The notes below the pieces were generated by a model. It saw only the letters and a list, made by a program, of their open reading frames with translations, was not told the origin of the DNA and made no database searches. Below are positions 19,272 through 28,437 of a DNA stretch of 64,000 nucleotides, in pieces (the stretch's first letter is position 1; each line of letters starts with the position of its first letter). The stretch comes from an uncultured Pseudomonas sp. (GTDB lineage: Bacteria > Pseudomonadota > Gammaproteobacteria > Pseudomonadales > Pseudomonadaceae): assembly GCA_964578635.1 (NCBI GenBank), contig CAZOEC010000004.1, forward strand, positions 8,268 to 72,267, read 5' to 3'. A program made the position numbers and the translations under genes.

Positions 19272-20192
19272 ATGCGCCTGCCGCTGGTCTATCACGACGA
19301 TTACAGCCCGCCCTTCCCGGCCAGCCACCGCTTTCCCATGGAGAAGTTCCGCCTGCTGCGTGACCACATCGTCGCCAGCGGCCTGTGCACCGACGCCGAG
19401 CTGCTGCGCCCCGAACTCTGCCCAGCGGATGTACTCGCCCTGGCCCACTGCCCGGCCTATATCCAGCGTTTTGCCAGCGGCGAACTGGCCCATGAAGAGC
19501 AGCGCCGCCTTGGCTTGCCCTGGAGTGCCGCCCTGGCGCAGCGCACCATTCGCGCCGTAGGCGGCTCGCTGCTGGCGGCCGAACAGGCCCTGCAACACGG
19601 CCTGGCCTGCCACCTGGCCGGCGGCACCCACCATGCGCATTACGACCACCCGGCCGGTTTCTGCATCTTCAACGACCTGGCGGTGATCAGTCAGTACCTG
19701 CTGGCCAGCGGCAAGGCCCAGCGTGTGCTGATCTTCGACTGCGACGTGCACCAGGGCGATGGCACCGCGCGCCTGCTGGAAAACACCCCGAAGGCGATCA
19801 CCGTCTCCCTGCATTGCGAGAAGAACTACCCGGCACGCAAGGCGCTCAGCGACTGGGATATTCCCCTGCCCAAGGGCATGGGCGATGCCGAGTATCTCAA
19901 GGTGGTGGATGACTGCCTCAACTACCTGCTGCCGCTGTACCAGCCGGATATCCTGCTCTACGACGCCGGTGTCGATGTGCACCAGCACGATGCCCTGGGC
20001 TACCTCAACCTGACTGACGCCGGTATCGCTGCCCGTGACCAAGCCGTGCTCAACCACTGCCTGGGCCGCGATATCCCGGTGGTCGGGCTGATCGGCGGTG
20101 GCTACGACAAGGACCGCATGGCCCTGGCCAGGCGTCACGGCATACTGCATCACAGCGCGGCCAAGGTCTGGCAGGCGCGCGGGCTGGGATAA
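19272..20192 (+). CDS. Histone deacetylase family protein
   Basis: GGTHHA, GFCIFND, DCDVHQGDGT, GGGY. Confidence 0.93.
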   Translation: MRLPLVYHDDYSPPFPASHRFPMEKFRLLRDHIVASGLCTDAELLRPELCPADVLALAHCPAYIQRFASGELAHEEQRRLGLPWSAALAQRTIRAVGGSLLAAEQALQHGLACHLAGGTHHAHYDHPAGFCIFNDLAVISQYLLASGKAQRVLIFDCDVHQGDGTARLLENTPKAITVSLHCEKNYPARKALSDWDIPLPKGMGDAEYLKVVDDCLNYLLPLYQPDILLYDAGVDVHQHDALGYLNLTDAGIAARDQAVLNHCLGRDIPVVGLIGGGYDKDRMALARRHGILHHSAAKVWQARGLG

Positions 20193-20246
20193 AGGCTAAC
20201 GTATTGCATTCGACCATCACCACTGAGCCTGGGATGGCCTGGTCCC

Positions 20247-20300
20247 GTAGGGTGCGCCGTGCGCACCAACCCGGTTGCGAATCCTTGGTGCGCCCCCTAC
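20247..20300. repeat. REP doublet GTAGGGTGCGCC
   Basis: Same family as 7584; second arm shortened. Confidence 0.65.
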
Positions 20301-20432
20301 CTGTTGCAGTCTCTGCAAGGCGGGTTCTGGCCTGCCCAGTCAGGCAACGCATCAACGGCGCAGAGCCGGGATAAAACCAGCACCGGACGCGGTCATATCG
20401 CGCATCTTCACGATCAAGGAATCTCGCACACC

Positions 20433-21596
20433 ATGCACGGAAGACTCAAAACACTGCTGACCGCACTCGCACTTGCCACCTGCACTGCCGCGCAAGCAAC
20501 AGACAGGCTGCAATCTCTGGTGGACGCCAGCGTCCGCCCGGTAATGGAGGAATACGACATCGCCGGCATGGCCGTGGCGATCACTCACAAGGGCCAGGCC
20601 CGCTACTTCAACTATGGCGTTGCTCGCCTGGACGACCAGCAAGCGGTGACCAGCGACACCCTGTTTGAAATCGGCTCGCTGAGTAAACCCCTCACCGCCA
20701 CCCTCGCCGCCCTGGCCCAGACCACCGGCAAGCTGACCCTCTCCGACAGCGCCGGCCAGCACTGGCCCGAGCTGCGCGGCAGCCAGCTGGAACACGCCAG
20801 CCTGCTCAACCTCGGCACCTACACCGCCGGCGGGCTGCCGCTGCAGTTCCCCGACCAGGTGACCGACCCGGCCAGCATGCTCGCCTATTACCGCCAGTGG
20901 CAGCCCGAGCATATCGCCGGCACCCATCGGCGCTATTCCAACCCCAGCATCGGTCTGCTTGGCATGCTCGCCGCCAAGAGCATGGGCCAGCCGTTCCCCA
21001 CGCTGATGGAAGGCACGCTGTTCCCCGCACTCGGCATGCCGCACAGTTATATCCAGGTGCCGGCCGCGCAGATGCCGCGCTATGCCTACGGCTACAGCAA
21101 GGACAACCAGCCGCTGCGGGTTACCCCAGGCATGCTCGACGCCGAAGCCTACGGAGTGAAAACCAACGCGAGGGACATGCTACGTTTTGTCCAGGCCAAC
21201 CTCAATCCTGCTGGCCTGAGCATTGAGCTGCAGCGCGCCATCGCCATGACCCACAGCGGTTATTACCGCGTCGGCGACATGACTCAAGGCCTCGGCTGGG
21301 AGCGCTACCCCTACCCGATCAGCCTGGAACGCCTGCAGGCTGGCAACTCCCCGGCCATGGCCCTGGAAGCGCAACCCGCCACGCGCCTGCTGCCACCGGA
21401 GTTCGAGCCGGGCGACAGCCTGTTCAATAAAACCGGCTCGACCGGCGGCTTCGGTGCCTACGCCGTGTTTGTCCCCAGCCAGGACCTAGGCCTGGTGCTG
21501 CTGGCCAACAAGAACTACCCCAACACTGCCAGGATCAAGGTTGCGCACGCCATAGTGACCGCGCTGGATAAGGCCACGAACGCGTCGAAGCAATAA
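20433..21596 (+). CDS. ampC: Class C beta-lactamase
   Basis: Signal peptide; FEIGSLSK (SxxK), YSN, KTG; TYTAGGLPLQFP and LDAEAYG class C signatures. Confidence 0.92.
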   Translation: MHGRLKTLLTALALATCTAAQATDRLQSLVDASVRPVMEEYDIAGMAVAITHKGQARYFNYGVARLDDQQAVTSDTLFEIGSLSKPLTATLAALAQTTGKLTLSDSAGQHWPELRGSQLEHASLLNLGTYTAGGLPLQFPDQVTDPASMLAYYRQWQPEHIAGTHRRYSNPSIGLLGMLAAKSMGQPFPTLMEGTLFPALGMPHSYIQVPAAQMPRYAYGYSKDNQPLRVTPGMLDAEAYGVKTNARDMLRFVQANLNPAGLSIELQRAIAMTHSGYYRVGDMTQGLGWERYPYPISLERLQAGNSPAMALEAQPATRLLPPEFEPGDSLFNKTGSTGGFGAYAVFVPSQDLGLVLLANKNYPNTARIKVAHAIVTALDKATNASKQ

Positions 21597-21908
21597 CCAT
21601 CGGATGGAGTTGAGGGTAGCGATACCCATCCACACGCTGAAAACCTCATCAACGAACCGCCCCCAGACTCGGGGGTCTAAAGTCCTGATGGGGTCGCACC
21701 GAGCAAACCCGGAGCTTGTGCAAGCCGGGACCAGGCAGCGATCCAGACAGGGACCAGGTCACCCGGTCTTCTTGCATAGGCGCAAGGCCGTCCAGGGCCC
21801 TCGGCTGCGGCGTGACTGACGTCATGGCGGCGCGCCCAAGCGATCACCTCTTTAGTGATCGCCTGGCTCTCTGCTACGCAGCGCACTCTTTGCCAAGGAG
21901 ATTTACCT

Positions 21909-22193
21909 ATGGTCATTCACTACCGGGTCGCCGGCCATCTCGCCTGCGGCCACCATGGCAGCAACCTCAGTTCCACCAGCGAACTGGCTCAGGTGAAGTG
22001 CCGCAGCTGCCGCGGCACCGAGGTATTTAAGGAAAACCGCAAAACTGCGCGCAACGCGGCGCGAAGGGCCACACGCAAAGCCAAGGTCGCCCACGCGAGC
22101 AATGACTGGCGCGCATCCTGGCAACAGCGGCTCACCGACCTGCCAGGGCGGCAGCGGCTGCCCAGAGGCTTCGGCGGGCAGCCTTTTGTCTAG
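21909..22193 (+). CDS. Small basic hypothetical protein with H/C..CxxC cluster
   Basis: Strong AAGGAG RBS; IHY..GHLACG ... VKCRSC; Arg/Lys-rich segment. Confidence 0.75.
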   Translation: MVIHYRVAGHLACGHHGSNLSSTSELAQVKCRSCRGTEVFKENRKTARNAARRATRKAKVAHASNDWRASWQQRLTDLPGRQRLPRGFGGQPFV

Positions 22194-22270
22194 CCGCACG
22201 CATGCTTAAGACGCAGCTGAACCCATAGGGGCAGGCCCGGCATCAAGCCCGGGCACCTCGCCCTAGGGTT

Positions 22271-23404
22271 CTACCCCGCCAACACCTTATCCAACGCCTG
22301 CTCCAGCGTTTCTACGGTGCGCTGGATATTGCCCAGCTTGTCCAGCCCGAACAGGCCCAGGCGGAAGGTCTGGAAGTCGGCCGGCTCATCGCACTGCAGC
22401 GGTACGCCCGCGGCGATCTGCAGGCCTTGGGCGGCGAATTTGCTGCCGTTCTTGATGCTGGCATCGGTGGTGTAGCAGACCACCACACCAGGCGCTTCGA
22501 AACCGGGCGCGGCGACACTTTTAAAGCCTTTGCTGGCCAGCAGTGCGCGCACGCGGTCGCCGAGTTCCTGCTGCTGGTTGCGTACGGTGGCAAAGCCAAG
22601 GGCCTTGGCCTCGAACATCGCATCGCGGAAACGCGCCAGGGCATCGCTGGGCATGGTGGCGTGGTAGGCGTGGCCGCCCTGCTCGTAGGCCTGCATGATC
22701 TGCAGCCATTTCTTCAGGTCGCAGGCAAAGCTGGTGCTTTGCGTGGCTTCGACGCGGGCCTGGGCCGCCTCGCTAAGCATCACCAGAGCGCAGCACGGCG
22801 AGGCGCTCCAGCCTTTTTGCGGGGCGCTGATCAGCACATCGATGCCGCAGGCCTGCATATCCACCCAGAGGGTGCCGGAGGCGATGCAGTCGAGCACAAA
22901 CAGGCCGCCAACCGCATGCACGGCATCCGCCACGGCGCGCAGGTAATCATCCGGCAGGATCATGCCGGACGAGGTTTCCACGTGCGGCGCAAAGACCACC
23001 TGGGGTTTTTCCAGAGCGATAACCGCCAGCACATCGGCAAGCCGCGGCGGGGCGAATGCCGCCTGGCTGCCTTCGGTTACCGGCCGGGCCTTGAGCACAA
23101 TGGCTTCAGAGGGGATCTGACCCATCTCGAAAACCTGCGTCCAGCGGTAGCTGAACCAGCCGTTGCGGATCACCAGGCACTTCTGCCCAGTGGCCAGCTG
23201 GCGCGCCACCGCCTCCATGCCGAAGGTGCCGCTACCGGGCACGATAGCCACGGCGTGGGCGTTGTAGACCTGTTTCAGGGTGCTGGAGATATCCTTCATC
23301 ACGCCCTGGAACGACTGCGACATATGGTTGAGGGAGCGGTCGGTGTAGACCACCGAGTATTCGATCAGGCCGTCGGGGTCGATGCTGGGGTAGAGGTCAG
23401 ACAT
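22271..23404 (-). CDS. Class V PLP aminotransferase (alanine-glyoxylate/serine-pyruvate-like)
   Basis: PGSGTFGMEA, HVETSSG, DCIASG, SAPQKG. Confidence 0.9.
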   Translation of the reverse strand: MSDLYPSIDPDGLIEYSVVYTDRSLNHMSQSFQGVMKDISSTLKQVYNAHAVAIVPGSGTFGMEAVARQLATGQKCLVIRNGWFSYRWTQVFEMGQIPSEAIVLKARPVTEGSQAAFAPPRLADVLAVIALEKPQVVFAPHVETSSGMILPDDYLRAVADAVHAVGGLFVLDCIASGTLWVDMQACGIDVLISAPQKGWSASPCCALVMLSEAAQARVEATQSTSFACDLKKWLQIMQAYEQGGHAYHATMPSDALARFRDAMFEAKALGFATVRNQQQELGDRVRALLASKGFKSVAAPGFEAPGVVVCYTTDASIKNGSKFAAQGLQIAAGVPLQCDEPADFQTFRLGLFGLDKLGNIQRTVETLEQALDKVLAG

Positions 23405-23519
23405 AAGAGGGCTCCAGGCAGAAAAGTCTTGCCCAGACCCTGCCCGAAGCCCGGGCAAATAACAAGGTCGCGGAGGCCTCGGTTAGAATGCCAGCCCGTC
23501 TACCGCAGCCGATCTCATC

Positions 23520-24764
23520 ATGACCACGACCCGCCAACAGCCCGCCCCTCACGTTGCCATTATCGGCGGCGGCCCTGCCGGGCTGATGGCGGCCGAGGTA
23601 TTGGCTCAGGGCGGCGTGCAGGTCGATCTATACGACGGCATGCCCTCGGTGGGGCGCAAGTTCCTCCTCGCCGGGGTCGGCGGCATGAATATCACCCATT
23701 CCGAGGCCAAGCCGGCCTTTGTCGCCCGCTACGGCCAGCGCCAGACGGAAGTGGCCGAGCTGCTGCAGGACTTCGATGCCGACGCCCTGCGCACCTGGAT
23801 TCATGGCCTGGGCATCGACACCTTTGTCGGCACCTCAGGGCGGGTGTTCCCCACCGATATGAAAGCCGCCCCCCTGCTTCGCGCCTGGCTCAAGCGCCTG
23901 CGCGAACTGGGCGTGCAGATCCACACCCGCCATCGCTGGCTGGGCTGGGATAACCACGGCGCGCTGCGTATCGCCTCACCCGCCGGCGAACAGCAGGTGA
24001 ATGCCGACGCCACCCTGCTGGCCCTGGGCGGCGGCAGCTGGGCGCGGCTGGGTTCGGACGGTGCCTGGGTGCCGCTGCTACAGGCACGCGATGTGACTAT
24101 CGCGCCCTTGCAGGCGAGCAACTGCGGCTTCGATGTCAGCGCCTGGAGCCCCTTTCTGCGGGACAAGTTCGCCGGCGCACCGCTAAAGAATGTCAGCCTC
24201 AACCTACCCGCAGAACCGCCACGCCTGGGTGAGTTTGTCCTCACCGCCACGGGTATCGAAGGCAGCCTGGTGTATGCCCTGTCGGCAGATATTCGCGAGA
24301 CGATCAACCAGCACGGCAGTGCTACCGTGCATCTCGACCTGCTGCCACAGACGCCGCTGAGCAAACTGCAGGCCGCCCTGAGCAAGCCACGCGGCTCGCA
24401 GTCGATGGCCAAGCACCTGCATCGCCAGGCTGGTATCGACGGCGTCAAAGCCGCGCTACTGCGTGAACTGGCCAGCAAGGACGCCTTTAACGATCCCGTG
24501 CAGCTGGCCGACGCGATCAAAGCCCTGCCCATCACGCTGATCCACCCACGGCCACTGGATGAAGCCATCAGCACGGCCGGCGGCGTACCCTTCGAGCAGC
24601 TGACCCCGGAGCTGATGCTCAAGGCCCTGCCCGGCACCTTCTGCGCCGGGGAAATGCTCGACTGGGAAGCGCCCACTGGCGGCTACCTGCTGACCGCCTG
24701 CTTTGCCAGCGGCCGTCGCGCCGCCCAGGGCATACTCGAATGGCTGCAACGCCCGGCCGAATAA
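23520..24764 (+). CDS. HI0933/TIGR03862 family flavoprotein
   Basis: GGGPAGL, GRKFLLAG.GG.NIT, STAGGV, GEMLDW..PTGGY. Confidence 0.9.
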   Translation: MTTTRQQPAPHVAIIGGGPAGLMAAEVLAQGGVQVDLYDGMPSVGRKFLLAGVGGMNITHSEAKPAFVARYGQRQTEVAELLQDFDADALRTWIHGLGIDTFVGTSGRVFPTDMKAAPLLRAWLKRLRELGVQIHTRHRWLGWDNHGALRIASPAGEQQVNADATLLALGGGSWARLGSDGAWVPLLQARDVTIAPLQASNCGFDVSAWSPFLRDKFAGAPLKNVSLNLPAEPPRLGEFVLTATGIEGSLVYALSADIRETINQHGSATVHLDLLPQTPLSKLQAALSKPRGSQSMAKHLHRQAGIDGVKAALLRELASKDAFNDPVQLADAIKALPITLIHPRPLDEAISTAGGVPFEQLTPELMLKALPGTFCAGEMLDWEAPTGGYLLTACFASGRRAAQGILEWLQRPAE

Positions 24765-24856
24765 GCCCCGCGGGCACAACCTTAGCGGCTATGCTTGCCT
24801 GAAGCCGCCCCCGACCAGAGCGGTGCTCTTTCCACGCGCACAGGTGCTCTCCAGCC

Positions 24857-25858
24857 GTGATCCCACTAGTGGTCTGCGACGACTCGAATATGGCGCGCAA
24901 GCAGTTGATCCGCGCGCTGCCGCCCGAATGGCCGGTAACCATCAGCCAGGCCGGCAACGGCGAGGAGGCCCTTGCTGCGATCCGCCAGGGCCTGGGCCAG
25001 GTGATGCTGCTGGACCTGACCATGCCGGTGCTGGATGGCTACGAAACCCTTGCCGCGCTGCGCGCCGAAGGCCTGGCCTGCAAGGTGCTGGTGGTTTCCG
25101 GTGACGTACAGGAAGAAGCCCTGCGGCGGGTCAAGGCACTCGGCGCGCTGGCCTTTATCAAGAAGCCCGCCGCCCCCGAAATACTGCGCAGCACTCTGCT
25201 CGAACTCGGCCTGTTCGACCCCAAGGCCACGCCCGCGGCCATGGCCCAGGCGGCGCTGCTCGATGAGCTGAAGGTGAATTTTCGCGATGCCCTGCGCGAG
25301 GTCAGCAACGTCGCCATGGGCCGCGCGGCGGCGCTGCTGGCTCAGGTACTGGGGGTGTTCGTGCAGTTGCCGCTGCCCCAGGTGAATATCTTCGAGGTCA
25401 GCGAGCTGCATATGACCCTGACCGACGCCATGCGCGGCGAGCGCCTGAGCGCGGTGTGCCAGGGCTTTATCGGCGATGGCATCGCTGGCGAGGCGCTGCT
25501 GCTGTTCCACGACTCGGAAACCGATGATATGGCGCGCCTGCTCGGCTGGCAGCCAAAGGACGACCTGGAAACCTCGGAAATGCTCCTGGACATGGCCAGC
25601 ATCCTGATCGGCGCGTGCCTGGCCGGGATTGCCGAGCAGATCGACGTGCGCTTCTCCCAGGGCCACCCCCTACTGCTGGGTCAGCATGCCTCCATCGAGC
25701 GGCTGATCCATATCAACCAGCGGCGCTGGAAAAAGACCCTGGCGGTGGAAATCAGCTACAGCCTGGAAGCGCAGAATATCCACTTTGACCTGCTGTTGCT
25801 GTTTACCGAAGACTCGATCAAGCGCCTGACCAACAAGATCAACTACCTGATGGGGTAG
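24857..25858 (+). CDS. Response regulator: receiver + CheC-like domain
   Basis: CDDS, LLDLTMP, KP receiver motifs; DALREVSN..P CheC motif; GTG start. Confidence 0.85.
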   Translation: MIPLVVCDDSNMARKQLIRALPPEWPVTISQAGNGEEALAAIRQGLGQVMLLDLTMPVLDGYETLAALRAEGLACKVLVVSGDVQEEALRRVKALGALAFIKKPAAPEILRSTLLELGLFDPKATPAAMAQAALLDELKVNFRDALREVSNVAMGRAAALLAQVLGVFVQLPLPQVNIFEVSELHMTLTDAMRGERLSAVCQGFIGDGIAGEALLLFHDSETDDMARLLGWQPKDDLETSEMLLDMASILIGACLAGIAEQIDVRFSQGHPLLLGQHASIERLIHINQRRWKKTLAVEISYSLEAQNIHFDLLLLFTEDSIKRLTNKINYLMG

Positions 25859-26123
25859 GGTCTGCTCCCGTTTCGTTCGCGGATCGCGTTGCCGCGAGAA
25901 ATGGCCCCCGGTTAGGCGTAGGACGCAGGTAATGGTCGCCCCCTTGCCAAGTCCTACAACGACAGCGGGGGCCATTTCCCGCGCAACCCGCAGGGCCGGG
26001 CCTGTTTTTGTGCGATGCTGTGTTTCTCGACACTCATTTGGAACACCAAACTTCGCGTCTCGCGCCTTGCCTCGCACAAAAACAGGCTCCGGCGCGACCG
26101 CTAACGAAACGGGAGCAGACCCT
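25857..26123. mobile_element. 267-bp MITE with 21-bp perfect TIRs
   Basis: AGGGTCTGCTCCCGTTTCGTT / AACGAAACGGGAGCAGACCCT; two long internal hairpin arms; no credible ORF. Confidence 0.85.
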
Positions 26124-26128
26124 CAGCC

Positions 26129-26584
26129 ATGCCCGCGCAGATAGATATCCAGGAAGTGCACTGGCTGCTCGATATCGTGCAATGCATCGATGTCGGGGTG
26201 ATCGTCCTCGACCGCCAGTACCAGGTGGAGGTGTGGAACAGCTTTATGGAAAACCACTCAGGCATGGGCCCGGATGAAGTGCAGGGCAAAACCCTGTTCA
26301 GCCTGTTCCCGGAAATCGACGAAGCCTGGCTGCGGCGCAAGGTCGATACCGTGGTGCAACTGGGCACCCGCGCGTTCAGCCTGTGGGAACAGCACCCCTA
26401 CCTGATGCATTTCAAGAACTACCAGCCGATCACCGGCCAGGAAGACTTTATGTACCAGAACGTCACCCTGCTGCCGCTGGCCGGTGGCCAGGGCAGCGTC
26501 GAGCACGTCTGCGTGGTGATCTACGACATGACCGCGGCGGCGACCCACAAGAAGCAGCTGGCGGCGCTTCAGGCAGCACCCTGA
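26129..26584 (+). CDS. Stand-alone PAS domain protein
   Basis: IDVGVIVLDR..V.VWN.FME.HSG; resembles the N-terminal PAS of PAS-GGDEF cyclases; stops after PAC. Confidence 0.8.
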   Translation: MPAQIDIQEVHWLLDIVQCIDVGVIVLDRQYQVEVWNSFMENHSGMGPDEVQGKTLFSLFPEIDEAWLRRKVDTVVQLGTRAFSLWEQHPYLMHFKNYQPITGQEDFMYQNVTLLPLAGGQGSVEHVCVVIYDMTAAATHKKQLAALQAAP

Positions 26585-26692
26585 ATCCCCCATTGCCGTG
26601 CGGAACCAGTACCTGATCGCCCGGGTCAGATTTATTCCCCACGCGGAAACCCTGTCTTCTCCGCGCAGCCGCTCGTCTGCCGGAGCATCACC

Positions 26693-28099
26693 ATGCATCT
26701 CACACACCTTAGCCATTGTCTTGGTGCCGCCGCCCTCTGCGTCTGCAGCCTGTCGCTGCAGGCGGCCGAACTGCCAGTCACGACCACCGAGGATGAGCAT
26801 GACGGCATCTGCGATGCCCACTGCTCGCTGCGCGATGCGGTGAGCACGGCCAATCGCCAGCCCGGCCCCGACCTTATCCTGCTGCCTGCCGGACGCTATG
26901 TATTGAGCCTGCTCGCCGAGTTCGGCGAACCGGGCATTCGCTATGACGAGGATGCCAACCTCAATGGCGACCTGGATATCAGCGAGGCCCTGAGCATCCG
27001 CGGTGCCGGCAGCGAGTCGACCATCATCAGCGGCATCGACCCGGCCCAGCCGCCCTACCGCAACGACCGCCTGCTGGAAGTGTTGAGCGGTGCCAGCCTG
27101 CACCTGCAAAACCTGGCTCTGGAAAACGGCCGCACAGCATTCAACGGTGCCGCGGTGGAGAATCATGGCCAACTGCATTTGCTGCGGGTTCGGGTGCAAG
27201 GCAACCATGCCGCGACCAGCAACCCGAGCTATCGCGAAATCGTCGGCGAGGAAGGCTATAGCTACGGCCAGGGCGGCGGCATCGCCAACTACGGCAGCCT
27301 GGAGGTCTACTCCTCGGACTTTCTGCAAAACCGCTCGCGCGGCGACCTGGAAGACAACCTCGGCCGCGGCGGTGCCATCTTCAACCGCGGCAACCTGTTG
27401 GTGCGCGACAGCAACTTCCTGCGCAACCAGGCCTCGGACGAAGCCGAACGCTCCGTCGGCAGCGGTATCTTCAACGGCGGGCTGGCGGATATTTCCCGCA
27501 GTACCTTCTTCGCCAACAGCGGCTCGGAAGGCGGTCGCGGCTTCGCCATCGGCAACGACGACAACGGCGAGCTGAAGCTGACCAATAGCACCCTCAGCGG
27601 CCACGTAGGCACTGGCGGCGCGCTGAGCAACGGCTACTACAGCAACCCGCCGGGCAATGACCCCAAGGCCACGCTGATCAACGTGACCATTGCCGGCAAC
27701 AACGGCTACGGCGTGCAGAACAGCGGCCAGTTGCTGATTCGCAACAGCCTGATCGCCGGCAACCTCGGCTACTTTGGCGACGAGGTGACCAACTGCCTCA
27801 ATCAAGGCCCCAGGTATCGCTACCAAGCCATTGGCCTACTGCTCAACAGCGAGCAGAGCAACTGTTCGGCCGACCTCTACCTGCCCTACGAACAGACCTT
27901 CACCCAGTTGTTGCTGCCCCTGGCCGACAACAACGGCCGCACCCAGACCTATGGTCTGCGCCGCGGCAGCCTGGCCCTGGACAGCGGCGTCGGCTCCTGC
28001 ACCCAGCACGACCAGCGCCGCCTGACCCGCCCACGCGACGGCAATGGCGACGGGGTGGCGGTGTGTGATCTCGGTGCGTTTGAGCGGGCCAGGCCGTAG
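26693..28099 (+). CDS. Secreted CSLREA-domain / beta-helix (choice-of-anchor Q-like) protein
   Basis: Signal peptide, VTTTED...CSLRDA, GDLDI, GGAIFN repeats, C-terminal DQR..RP.DG.GDG.A.CD.GAFE. Confidence 0.85.
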   Translation: MHLTHLSHCLGAAALCVCSLSLQAAELPVTTTEDEHDGICDAHCSLRDAVSTANRQPGPDLILLPAGRYVLSLLAEFGEPGIRYDEDANLNGDLDISEALSIRGAGSESTIISGIDPAQPPYRNDRLLEVLSGASLHLQNLALENGRTAFNGAAVENHGQLHLLRVRVQGNHAATSNPSYREIVGEEGYSYGQGGGIANYGSLEVYSSDFLQNRSRGDLEDNLGRGGAIFNRGNLLVRDSNFLRNQASDEAERSVGSGIFNGGLADISRSTFFANSGSEGGRGFAIGNDDNGELKLTNSTLSGHVGTGGALSNGYYSNPPGNDPKATLINVTIAGNNGYGVQNSGQLLIRNSLIAGNLGYFGDEVTNCLNQGPRYRYQAIGLLLNSEQSNCSADLYLPYEQTFTQLLLPLADNNGRTQTYGLRRGSLALDSGVGSCTQHDQRRLTRPRDGNGDGVAVCDLGAFERARP

Positions 28100-28265
28100 G
28101 GCGGGTTAGGCGCGCTTCACTGCTACAGGTCGAGCGCCGGTTCACGCGCGCCGTAACCCGCCGTAAGCGACCAGCCACGGTGCTGAGCTGCGGACGCAAT
28201 GGCGGGTTACGCGGCGCGGATAACCGGGTTCGGCTTGAGTGCAACTGGCCGCTAACCCGCCCTAC
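28096..28265. repeat. REP doublet GTAGGGCGGGTTAG
   Basis: Nested inverted repeats ending in CTAACCCGCCCTAC. Confidence 0.8.
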
Positions 28266-28292
28266 GGACTGAAATGGTTGCGAACGAAACGG

Positions 28293-28392
28293 GCGGGAGG
28301 CGCTTTAGCGGCGAGTTTTCAGTCGCGGCTAAAGCCCCTCCCACGGCCCGGCAGCTGCGGCATTCGATCGTTCCCACGTTCCGCGTGGGAAT
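28293..28392. repeat. Additional REP-like palindromes
   Basis: GGGAGGCGCTTTAGC...GCTAAAGCCCCTCCCAC and TTCCCACG..CGTGGGAA. Confidence 0.65.
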
Positions 28393-28437
28393 GTCGTTGG
28401 CGACTTCGGGCGGAGTGCTGCGCACTCCCTGCTGGGC

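Noticed and set aside
21690..21760. c-di-GMP-I riboswitch-like GCAAACCC...GGGAC
   Set aside because: Lacks the GNRA loop, the GCAAAG junction and the receptor stem
25932..26277. ORFs within the 267-bp element as a transposase or PAS N-terminal extension
   Set aside because: They run through palindromic repeat DNA and show no DDE or HUH motifs
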